A DNA stretch of 64,000 nt from contig JAUCBJ010005137.1 of NCBI GenBank assembly GCA_032718475.1, positions 108,327-172,326 on the forward strand, written 5' to 3'. Shown here piece after piece: positions 12,385 to 23,000 of the stretch. The number at the start of each line of letters is the position of its first letter. Position 1 is the stretch's first letter. This stretch comes from Nemertoderma westbladi (lineage: Eukaryota > Animalia > Xenacoelomorpha). The position numbers and the translations under genes were made by a program. A model generated the notes under the pieces. The model ran no database searches. It was not told where the DNA came from and saw only the letters and a list, made by a program, of their open reading frames with translations.

Positions 12385-12945
12385 GAACACCATGGTCAAC
12401 CTTATCGAAAGCCTTGGCGAAGTCAAGGTAAACTACATCAGCACCATCAGATGTGGAAACTAGATTAAGAAGTTGAGTATAATGGTCTATGAGCTGTGAA
12501 AGACAAGATCAACCTTTTCGAAAGCCATGCTGACAGATGTTCATTACACTATTTGATTAAGATAGTTAACTAATACTTCTCTCACAATCCTTTCTATAAT
12601 TTTAGAGAGGTGGGATGTAAGAGCGATTGGCCTATAGTTAACAGGATCGAGACGTGAGCCCTTCCTCTTAAAGACAGGGGTTATAATATACGCCGATTTG
12701 AGCGCTTGAGGAAAATTCCGGTTTCTAAGGAACTCCTGTAGGAGGGGGTATAATAATTATGCTTTGCATGTCTTAAGTAGTAGAACTGGTAACTCATTTG
12801 GACCAGGGGCTTTACAAGCGCTTTGTTCATAAATGGCCTTGGATATATCATCCATGGTGATTTGAAATTCAGTCAACTTTGCACTTGGATCTGATTCAAA
12901 GAAACTTCGATGTTCATAAATAATACAGGAAGTGACAGGATTTGA
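12385..12945 (-). mobile_element. CR1-group LINE reverse transcriptase fragment (absent from the ORF track)
   Basis: Minus strand reads KAPGPNELP..ITPVFKRKGSRLDPVNYRPIALTSHLSKIIERIV..QHGFRKG*SCLSQL..DVVYLDFAKAFDKVDHG, with stops and frameshifts. Confidence 0.9.
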
Positions 12946-14146
12946 AAAAAAACGAAAATATATTGACCTTAACGAATTGAACTTAAACTTTTCAGATTTT
13001 TAACTACGACTATTATACCGAACTATATTTTACATTACAGACTGTATTTATTATTACTTCATGATTTTATTCTTTTTAGCATATTTTATTTCATAAGTTA
13101 CCTTTTAACTTCAATATCCATGAAATATATTTTTATAACATTACTACTTTATTTACACCATGTCACAGAATATAGTGTCGTAATTCAGTGACACGCCCCA
13201 CACGCCCCCCCCCCCCCCTCCCCCTAATTTTTCTACAAATCGTAATGAGATTGCATGGAATTTGAAACAGAGATAGTTTCACCTCCCGACCACTGACTGA
13301 CTGGGTGAGCCAGAATTTTTATTTTTGCTTTCAATCTTTAGCTACAAGCGTTTAAAAAAAGTGTCTCCAGCGATATTACACCAGTTACACCGCAGTTATT
13401 ATTCTACCTTATAGCTGTTTGTTGGTACCAATGGAAATCTGGTCATGCAAGGATTCCAAATATGTAACACAATTTGAATTTCGTTGAAAAATAGCTGAGA
13501 TATGAGCGTTCGAATGTTACATGGTTTTGCACCGGGGCGAGGCTATTTTATTCTATTTAATAAACGCCACTAATTGAATGCCACCCCAAATTAGATGATT
13601 TAACACCAATATAAATTATTTTCCACCAAATATATTTTTTTGTAACACCAATTCACATCCCCCAATATTGAATATCCCTCTCACCAAAAACAATTATTCA
13701 TCCCCCAAAAACAATTATTCGTCCCCCAAAAACAATTATTGATTCCCCAAAAACAATTATTCATCCCCCAAAAACAATTATTCTTCCCCAAAAACAATTA
13801 TTCATCCCCCAAAAAACAATTATTCATCCCCCAAAAACAATTATTCATCCCCCGGAAACAATTATTCTACCCCCAAAAACAATTATTGATTCCCCAAAAA
13901 CAATTATTCATCCCCCAAAAATAATTACTTGTCAACCAAAAACAATTATTCATCCCCAAAAATAATTACTTGTCAACCAAAAAAAATTATTCCAGCACCA
14001 AATATTTTATATTAAATCCTGGTATTCTTCACATGGGCGCATGCTTCAGTCTTCAGTTACAGTATTCGTACCGATGGGCCTAATGCCTTCAGAACAACGT
14101 ATATTAGAACGTTATTACAACGTTATTAGGTTTCGAACCGATGTAC

Positions 14147-14234
14147 CATGGCCTACTATATACTATATATACTACTAATATACTATACTACTAATATATA
14201 CTATATCCTACTATATAGTATATAGTAGGCCATG
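14147..14234. mobile_element. 88-bp P-element-like micro-MITE
   Basis: TIR CATGGCCTACTATATACTATAT / ATATAGTATATAGTAGGCCATG; 7-bp TSD GATGTAC; an empty paralogous site CGATGTACCTACAG starts at 14331. Confidence 0.75.
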
Positions 14235-14418
14235 GATGTACCTACAGTATTAGGCCTACTTCAGTTTCAGTATTCGTACCTATAGGCCTATTGCCTTCAG
14301 AACAACGTATTCTGTTATTAGGTTTCGTACCGATGTACCTACAGTATTAGGCCTACTTCAGTTTCAGTATTCGTACCTATAGGCCTATTGCCTACATATT
14401 ACCGGTATTGCCTATGGC

Positions 14419-14455
14419 CAAGGACTACTATACTACAGTAGTATAGTAGTCCTTG
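14419..14455. mobile_element. 37-bp perfect palindromic insertion (P-element-like ends only)
   Basis: CAAGGACTACTATACTAC-A-GTAGTATAGTAGTCCTTG, flanked by the 8-bp direct repeat CCTATGGC (14411-14418, 14456-14463). Confidence 0.72.
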
Positions 14456-16570
14456 CCTATGGCCTATTACTTATTCTGTTATTAGGTTTCAGTATTACGG
14501 CAGTACTGAAGTTTTTGTCTAACTTCCAGGAAGTGCTAGGCCTATTGCTGCAGTAGTATAGTATTTATTATGGGGGATTATGTATTTATTTTGGGCTAAA
14601 ATGTATATGTTTTGGGGGAAAATGTATTTATTTTGGGCGAAGATGTATTTGTTTTGGGGGGAAATGTATTTATTTTGGGCTAAAATGTATTTGTTTTGGG
14701 GGAAAATGTATTTATTTTGGGCGAAAATGTATTTGTTTTGGGGGAAAATGTTTTTGTTTTGGGAAAATATGTAATTATTTTGGGGGTTTTGTCATTTATT
14801 TTGGTGCTAATAATTGGTCTTAGGAAGCATTTATTTATTTTGGTATTGAATAATTGGTTTGGTGTTAAATAATTTTTTTGGTTTTGAAAAATTTATTTTG
14901 GTGTTTGAATAATTTTAGTTGGGGTGACTTTATTTTATTTGGTGTTGAATAATTTTTTTGGGGTCACATTATTTAATTTGGTATAAAATAATTTTTTTGG
15001 TGAAATTTTCATAAATTTTGGGATGACTTTAATTGGTAGCCCTATATTAAATAAACCATATTCTGGAATATTTTTTAAATGTATGAATAGCTACGAAATA
15101 TAATGATTAAGTAATGCATTGTTGCCCAGCTACGTATTTGGATAAACAAAAAATTCCAGAATATGATGCCTTTATTAAATATAATAAAATAGCCTCGCGC
15201 AGGTGCATAACCATGCAACATTTGAACGCCCATATCTTAGCTATTTTTCAACGAAATTCAAATTGTGTTACATAATTGGAATCCTTGCATGGCCAGCTTT
15301 CCATTGGTACCAACTAACAGCTATAAGGTAAAAGAATAACTGCGGTGTAACTGGTGTAATATCGCTGGAGACACTTTTTTTAAACGCTTGTAGCTAAAGA
15401 TTTGACATTTTGTATATTTATGAATAGCTACATAATAGTATAATTAAAGAGGTATTGCATTGTTGCCCAGCTACGTATGGAATAAACAAAATGTTCTAGA
15501 ATATGGTACATTAATTAAATAGAATAAATGGCCTGCAGGGGAAGCAAATACATGCAACATTCGAATGCCCATATCCCAACCAAATTCAAATATTTTTACA
15601 TATTTGGAATCCGTGCATGGGTAGCTTTCTATTGGTACCATCAAATCACAATAAGGGTGGAGAAAGATTGCACTGTGACCTGTGAAATATCGCCGGAGAC
15701 ACCTTTTTCAAACACTTGTAGCTTAAGATAGAAAGCAAAAATAAAAATTCTGGCTCACCTACGGAGGAGGAGGGAGGTGAAACTATCTCTGTTTCAAATT
15801 CCCAGGAACCTGAATAACGACACTATATTCCAGGACATGGTGTAGTACTGTAAGAAGCTGATTATTCCCTCAACCCGGTAAGGATGGTATTGGTATAAGA
15901 TAGATTAGTTCAGCCGTGACCTAACGCGCCGAAATACGCACCTAACGCGCCGACAGTTAATATTATCATGATCAATTAATTATAAAATGTCAATAAAAGT
16001 TTATATACATGTTAGAAAAATAGAATATGTTGTAATGTAAAAAGTTCGTGGCTGGTGGCTGTGGGTGTGTATTCGAAGGAGGGAGGGGGTTGGGGTATTG
16101 AGTTTATGAAGAATATTCTTATTTATAGGCCTATATCATATATCTTATTGCATAATTGAAAGTAAATATAAATAAAGGCCATACCAAAAGCCAATTAACG
16201 CAATTAGCTTAAAATATGGCGATGTGTGAAACTTATAATTTAATGTAAGATTAGTGCAAGCCACGATAATATTTAACCGGGACAGTAAAGCAAGCTGAGG
16301 AAACATTAATCTCCACTATATTTGCATGGCTGCCGTTAGCAGATCAATAAATAATAGCATGCAACGTTTTATAGGTCTAGTTGCTTTTTAGTTTTTACAC
16401 AACGAACGAGTAAACCGACTCTTACTGTTTTCTACATTACAACTCTAAACAAGCTACTTTATAGCTTTCGATTCGATCTACATTTAATGGTATCACAACA
16501 GCCACCGTTTCTATAAAATATTACGTTAAAATTCTTATATTATATTAAATTAATAAAATATAAAATAAAT

Positions 16571-16924
16571 TAAATTAATAAGTAATTAAACAGGACTAAG
16601 GATGATCCAACTCTATAGCAAATGGAGCGGAAAAAATGAATTCGCCACCAGCGGGGATTGAACCCGCGTCTCCCGATAAACGTTCAGGTATGCTAACCAC
16701 TACACCACGGAGGCTCCTGCATCTTTCCGATTGATTTGCTATAGGTGGTAAGCTACCTTACGGTTGCTATTGAATACAGTCCTCCTTACGGATGGATTTA
16801 ATCTGTATTATCCGTTTATCGGGAGACGCGGGTTCAATCCCCGCTGGTGGCGAATTCATTTTTTCCGCTCCATTTGCTATAGAGTTGGATCATCCTTAGT
16901 CCTGTTTAATTACTTATTAATTTA
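16571..16924. repeat. Perfect 112-bp inverted repeat (16571-16682 / 16813-16924) with 130-bp spacer
   Basis: Arms compared base by base and are exact reverse complements; they include the 3' half of the tRNA-like sequence and its downstream tail. Confidence 0.95.
16643..16714 (-). pseudogene. tRNA-like sequence (pseudo-tRNA or SINE-type head), nominal anticodon GTT
   Basis: The 72-nt GCCTCCGTGGTGTAGTGGTTAGCATACCTGAACGTTTATCGGGAGACGCGGGTTCAATCCCCGCTGGTGGCG folds as a cloverleaf with A box, B box and perfect T arm; a T6 run follows 6 nt downstream. The anticodon loop ACGTTTA lacks U33 and purine 37, and the acceptor stem has a T-T mismatch. Confidence 0.75.
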
Positions 16925-17014
16925 TACAATCTATGGATGTTAAACACATATACAATAAAATGAATTAAATTAAATACGAATTTTCATCCCTTCTTTGAAT
17001 GAATGTATTATAAT

Positions 17015-17165
17015 GAAAAATCGCCACCCACTGGAATCGATCCCATGTCTACATGTTCACGTCCAGTTGTGGTGTACATACACAAACTACAACACACGCT
17101 ATCTCTATAAGTTTGTATCGATTTGGTTATAGTATTGGCGGGATATGGGTTCGATTGCCGAAATT
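17015..17165. repeat. Probable older, degenerate relative of the inverted tRNA-like element
   Basis: TCGCCACCCACTGGAATCGATCCCATGTCT resembles TCGCCACCAGCGGGGATTGAACCCGCGTCT; an oppositely oriented B-box-like GATATGGGTTCGATT lies at ~17142-17156. Confidence 0.5.
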
Positions 17166-17227
17166 TGCATTATTTTCGATTTAGCTTGAGTGTTTACGCA
17201 AATAGAATCATCGGAAATGTATATTAA

Positions 17228-18331
17228 TTACGTGGAATTTAAAACTTTACAAGGAGTGGCGATACCAACACTTGATTTACATTCGGTTTTTACGGAAGAT
17301 GGATTGAACATGGACTCTAGTTTGGGCCAAGTCTCCCTCATTTGGGACTTCGAATAACCGTGTATGGCTATAAGGCAGGGCAGGTCGCACAGTGCAAGAC
17401 CTTGTACATCCGAGTTAATCACCCGAATCTGCGGCATATTAACGGGTATTAAGTTAAACTTCTCTCCGACTATTCCAACATACGCGTCGTCAATATGAAT
17501 CTGCTGAGTTTCCTGTGAATATCGAGCCAATAAGAGGACAACGTCCATGGATAGGATGTAGAACCCACCGGAGCAGTACGGCGGATATAGTTCCCGCGAG
17601 AATTCGCTTACCGAAACTTTGTATTTCTCCCAGATTGGCGGTGGATGTCGCATGACCCCGGAATCGATCATTAGGTGGCCTCCGAAGAATTTACGCGGTT
17701 TAGCCAATTTCCGGAGATACTTCTCCAGAAAGTATATGTTTATTAGGACATCCTGGTCCCCCGACGCTATGAACACGGCGTTGTGGCAGTGTGAAACAAC
17801 CCAGCTCCAAGACATTATTAGTTTAACTGTAAGATTGTGAAAACTGTCAGTAAAGTTACCCTGAATTAAGTCTCCGAATTTGCGCGATTCGCGTTCTAAA
17901 AGAACCTCTGATTCAATATCCCTGTATCCCAATGAAAATATTGTCTTTATTTTTAACAATTCTTCGTACTTACGGTGTCCCCATGTCTCCCGTATTGAGT
18001 TTCGTTTGTCGAAATCCAAGGGTTCTGATTTCACGATAATTACGGCCAATAAGGGACTACCTGTACCGGTACTAGTGTTTACGGTGCGGCATGCTTTGCG
18101 GTTTTCAATGAGGAAGTCGTGGGGGGCGGTGAAAGTTATTCCGATACTATCAGGTGAATTAAATACATCGCTTGTTATATTCGAAACAGGTTGCCGTCTT
18201 ATATGTAGAAATATTCCGCGTTGAATGAATAGCGGCAAATCGTCATATTTCAATATCGAGTATACTATAATTACCGCCAGTGTTACCAGCACCGCAATTT
18301 TATACCGACCGGATAATGAGTTTAAAACCAT
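17228..18331 (-). CDS. Beta-1,3-galactosyltransferase-family (GT31) type II membrane glycosyltransferase, 367 aa, single coding exon, nested antisense in intron 3 of the SR gene
   Basis: N-terminal signal anchor IAVLVTLAVIIVYSIL; family motifs RNSIRETWG, FSLG, ESRKFGDLIQGNFTDSFHNLTVK, DxD (DQD), YPPYCSGGFY and IDDAYVG; intact ORF. Confidence 0.93.
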   Translation of the reverse strand: MVLNSLSGRYKIAVLVTLAVIIVYSILKYDDLPLFIQRGIFLHIRRQPVSNITSDVFNSPDSIGITFTAPHDFLIENRKACRTVNTSTGTGSPLLAVIIVKSEPLDFDKRNSIRETWGHRKYEELLKIKTIFSLGYRDIESEVLLERESRKFGDLIQGNFTDSFHNLTVKLIMSWSWVVSHCHNAVFIASGDQDVLINIYFLEKYLRKLAKPRKFFGGHLMIDSGVMRHPPPIWEKYKVSVSEFSRELYPPYCSGGFYILSMDVVLLLARYSQETQQIHIDDAYVGIVGEKFNLIPVNMPQIRVINSDVQGLALCDLPCLIAIHGYSKSQMRETWPKLESMFNPSSVKTECKSSVGIATPCKVLNST

Positions 18332-18818
18332 TGTTTGTTCTATTAAACGGTACCGGTAGGTCTACTACTACAGGCAGACAGTCTGACAGACCTATCATCT
18401 GATCATGTTCAGATGGTTTGAATTCAATATACTACTAAATTAGACATAATACATAACTCGGTCAGAACAGTTTTATCATGACGCAATAGTTTATGGAAAC
18501 TACAGGTACCGTACACATGACTGAAAGAGAACTAGGTACAGAGGTACCCGTGTAGCGATAGCATTATTCATACTGACTGATTGGTACCGGTATCATCGCA
18601 TATCATGAACCAGAGGCACAGCTAGCAGAGTAATGTAAGGTCGGAAATTTTAATTTCTATAAAATTATGAACGTCAGTTTATTTGTCACCTAAAGGCTTT
18701 CAAGCGGGAACAGTTAATAATAATCTGTAACTGCATTATTGTTTATTGTATAATCCTAGGAGTAATCTGGTCGAAAAAATGTTTCATTTCCTCAACGTTT
18801 AGCTAACGTAGAAATCTG

Positions 18819-18895
18819 ATTGGCTGATATCTCCAATGCCGAAGCCAATAAACCTATCCCCCAGTTCGCAATGACACCCCACCCCCAATCATTGG
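18819..18895. promoter_or_regulatory. Cluster of five CCAAT boxes; candidate promoter of the nested GT31 gene
   Basis: ATTGG at 18819 and 18891, CCAAT at 18833, 18845 and 18885, about 500 bp upstream of the minus-strand ATG at 18331. Confidence 0.4.
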
Positions 18896-19049
18896 ATTTA
18901 CTTGCTACAAGTTTTTACATTTACGAGTTCAATAATTGTAATTACGTTAGCGTCTACAATATGGAGAAGAAATAATTGTAATTATATTTCGTAATTTCTC
19001 CTTTTCATTCCAGCGGCGTTCTTCCTATATATATCGATTTTCCTTTCAG

Positions 19050-19216
19050 TGCATGAAGTGCGGCAAACACGGTCACCGTACGCGGGAGTGTTTCTCTGAC
19101 GCGATGCCGTACAACAGTTGGCGCAACGATAACAGGCGGTGGGGCGGGCGAGGGTACTCGAGGTCCAGGAGTCGCGACAGAAGACGCAGTAGATCCAGGA
19201 GTCGAGATCGGAGGAG
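19050..19216 (+). CDS. SR splicing factor, coding exon 4 (CCHC zinc knuckle and start of RS domain); both boundaries uncertain
   Basis: Acceptor tttcctttcag| gives CMKCGKHGHRTREC (C-x2-C-x4-H-x4-C) then YSRSRSRDRRRSRSRSRDRR, in phase with exon 3. An alternative in-frame acceptor would start the exon at 19014. It ends at the putative donor AG|GTCTGT (19217) or reads through to the stop at 19266-19268. Confidence 0.85.
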
Positions 19217-20090
19217 GTCTGTTATTCACTATATTCACTACACTGGTCTGTTACTCCGTAGTCGATAGTTTTATCTTACAAAGCTTCATACCTACAAACA
19301 ATTTGGGGATTTTTATTGACATGCAAGCAAGCAGACGTACATTACCTTCTCCATTATACAGTTAGTTAGAAATTAATGTATTTATTACGTCCGTAAATTA
19401 TCACTGATGAGTGCCGCGAACTGAACCTGATTTCGGCATTTTTTCTGAACTGGAACTATAGAACTGGATTACTTGGAACTAGAACTGAATTCCCCAATGT
19501 TTAAAACTGAAAGTATAATTTATAAATTGTAAATAAATAAAAAAAATACACAAATATATAATGTGACTCCACGCCCGATTTTGGTGACAAGGGTTGGCGT
19601 ATTCAATAGTAATAATATTTATACCGTTGAGTTACTCGGGTTAATTCCACTTGATTACCATTAAATTCCCAATCACAAAAAAACTTTAATCGCAGAACTA
19701 AATATATTCATATATTCCATCATATATTAATTGTCATCAACTTTAGATCCAAAGAAATCGCGGTATAGAACATGATTTGTAAATGCTTTTTGACAACTTT
19801 GGAATGGTTTATTATTTTGAAAGTTATTTAGTCTATTTAGAAAATATAAGACATGGTTCGAGAAAAGAATGGTTTAAAATACATGCACGAGGTTTTTTTT
19901 TCCAAGGATACGAAAGAGGAATAAATTTGTCGAAAAGTTAAGAATGTGTAATGTCGGGTTAAACAGACTACACTACGACTACATAACACGTCTTAAATTA
20001 TTACATTGCTGAAGAATAACTTTTAAATTAGATTATAGAAAAGGTATCAAAAAGGTCCTGTGGTGGGTACTGTTACACACAATAACACAC

Positions 20091-23000
20091 ATAAGTTACA
20101 TTGATATTCGGTACGTTACAAACAAGTTACATAGATATTCGGTACGTTACAAACAAGTTACATCGATATTCGGTACGTTACAAACAAGTTACATCGATAT
20201 TCGGTACGTTACAAACAAGTTACATAGATATTCGGTACGTTACAAACCAGTTACATTGATATTCGGTACGTTACAAACAAGTTACATAGATATTCGGTAC
20301 GTTACAAACAAGTTACATAGATATTCGGTACGTTACAAACAAGTTACATTGATATTCGGTACGTTACAAATAAGTTACATCGATATTCGGTACGTTACAA
20401 ACAAATTACATAGATATTCGGTACGTTACAAACAAGTTACATAGATATTCGGTACGTTACAAACAAATTACATAGATATTCGGTACGTTACAAACAAGTT
20501 ATATTGATATTCGGTACGTTACAAATAAGTTACATCGATATTCGGTACGTTACAAACAAATTACATAGATATTCGGTACGTTACAAACAAGTTACATAGA
20601 TATTCGGTACGTTACAAACAAGTTACATAGATATTCGGTACGTTACAAACAAGTTACATAGATATTCGGTACGTTACAAACAAGTTATATTGATATTCGG
20701 TACGTTACAAACAAGTTACATTGATATTCGGTACGTTACAAATAAGTTACATCGATATTCGGTACGTTACAAACAAATTACATAGATATTCGGTACGTTA
20801 CAAACAAGTTACATAGATATTCGGTACGTTACAAACAAGTTACATAGATATTCGGTACGTTACAAACAAGTTACATAGATATTCGGTACGTTACAAACAA
20901 GTTACATAGATATTCGGTACGTTACAAACAAGTTACATAGATATTCGGTACGTTACAAACAAGTTACATAGATATTCGGTACGTTACAAACAAATTACAT
21001 TGATATTCGGTACGTTACAAACAAGTTACATTGATATTCGGTACGTTACAAACAAGTTACATAGATATTCGGTACGTTACAAACAAATTACATAGATATT
21101 CGGTACGTTACAAATAAGTTACATCGATATTCGGTACGTTACAAACAAATTACATTGATATTCGGTACGTTACAAACAAGTTACATAGATATTCGGTACG
21201 TTACAAACAAATTACATTGATATTCGGTACGTTACAAACAAGTTACATTGATATTCGGTACGTTACAAACAAGTTACATAGATATTCGGTACGTTACAAA
21301 CAAATTACATAGATATTCGGTACGTTACAAATAAGTTACATCGATATTCGGTACGTTACAAACAAATTACATTGATATTCGGTACGTTACAAACAAGTTA
21401 CATAGATATTCGGTACGTTACAAACAAGTTACATAGATATTCGGTACGTTACAAACAAATTACATTGATATTCGGTACGTTACAAACAAGTTACATAGAT
21501 ATTCGGTACGTTACAAACAAATTACATAGATATTCGGTACGTTACAAACAAGTTACATAGATATTCGGTACGTTACAAACAAGTTACATAGATATTCGGT
21601 ACGTTACAAACAAATTACATTGATATTCGGTACGTTACAAACAAGTTACATTGATATTCGGTACGTTACAAACAAGTTACATAGATATTCGGTACGTTAC
21701 AAACAAATTACATAGATATTCGGTACGTTACAAATAAGTTACATCGATATTCGGTACGTTACAAACAAATTACATTGATATTCGGTACGTTACAAACAAG
21801 TTACATAGATATTCGGTACGTTACAAACAAGTTACATAGATATTCGGTACGTTACAAACAAGTTACATAGATATTCGGTACGTTACAAACAAGTTACATA
21901 GATATTCGGTACGTTACAAACAAATTACATAGATATTTGGTACGTTACAAACAAGTTACATAGATATTCGGTACGTTGCAAACAAGTTACATAGATATTC
22001 GGTACGTTACAAACAAGTTACATCGATATTCGGTACGTTACAAACAAATTACATAGATATTCGGTACGTTACAAACAAGTTACATAGATATTCGGTACGT
22101 TACAAACAAGTTACATAGATATTCGGTACGTTGCAAACAAGTTACATTGATATTCGGTACGTTACAAACAAATTACATAGATATTCGGTACGTTACAAAC
22201 AAGTTACATCGATATTCGGTACGTTACAAACAAATTACATAGATATTCGGTACGTTACAAACAAGTTACATAGATATTCGGTACGTTACAAACAAATTAC
22301 ATAGATATTCGGTACGTTACAAACAAGTTACATAGATATTCGGTACGTTACAAACAAGTTACATCGATATTCGGTACGTTACAAACAAGTTACATAGATA
22401 TTCGGTACGTTGCAAACAAGTTACATCGATATTCGGTACGTTGCAAACAAGTTACATCGATATTCGGTACGTTGCAAACAAGTTACATAGATATTCGGTT
22501 CGTTACAAACAAGTTACATAGATATTCGGTGCGTTGCAAACAAGTTACATCGATATTCGGTACGTTGCAAACAAGTTACATAGATATTCGGTACGTTACA
22601 AACAAGTTACATAGATATTCGGTACCTTACAAACAAGTTACATAGATATTCGGTACGTTACAAACAAATTACATAGATATTCGGTACGTTACAAACAAGT
22701 TACATAGATATTCGGTACGTTGCAAACAAGTTACATCGATATTCGGTACGTTGCAAACAAGTTACATAGATATTCGGTTCGTTACAAACAAATTACATAG
22801 ATATTCGGTACGTTACAAACAAGTTACATAGATATTCGGTACGTTACAAACAAATTACATAGATATTCGGTACGTTACAAACAAGTTACATAGATATTCG
22901 GTACGTTACAAACAAGTTACATCGATATTCGGTACGTTACAAACAAGTTACATAGATATTCGGTACGTTGCAAACAAGTTACATCGATATTCGGTACGTT

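Larger units (their letters stand above)
13564..15042. mobile_element. Foldback-like element with 21-bp minisatellite arms, nested in the previous element
   Basis: Left arm (CCCCCAAAAACAATTATTCAT)n at ~13680-14000; oppositely oriented (TTTTGGGGGAAAATGTATTTR)n-like array at ~14570-15000; degenerate termini GCCACTAATTGAATGCCACCCCAAA versus TTTGGGATGACTTTAATTGGTAGC; the host arm resumes after it. No clean TSD. Confidence 0.65.
13156..15842. mobile_element. Non-autonomous TA-flanked (Tc1/mariner-type) long-TIR element with nested insertions
   Basis: TA|CACCATGTCACAGAATATAGTGTCGTAATTCAG matches CTGAATAACGACACTATATTCCAGGACATGGTG|TA in inverted orientation; arms continue (13255-13564 versus 15170-15400 and 15510-15802); the right arm carries a diverged ~340-bp tandem duplication. 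Confidence 0.8.

Noticed and set aside
12371-12437. Apparent 67-bp mini-LTR TGTAG...CTACA
   Set aside because: The CTACA belongs to the antisense LINE RT codons (DVVYLDF), so the match is coincidental.
13739-14774. PQKQLFI and MYLFWAK repeat ORFs
   Set aside because: Translations of the 21-bp minisatellite arms.
16643-16714. Functional tRNA-Asn(GTT)
   Set aside because: Non-canonical anticodon loop (A32, C33, T37), acceptor-stem mismatch and repeat context.
19005-19238. 77-aa Pro/Ser-rich minus-strand ORF
   Set aside because: Antisense shadow of the RS-coding exon.
19404-19450. Plus-strand CTGATGAG followed by a TGCCG/CGGCA stem, as a hammerhead
   Set aside because: No GAAA after the stem, and no stems I or III.
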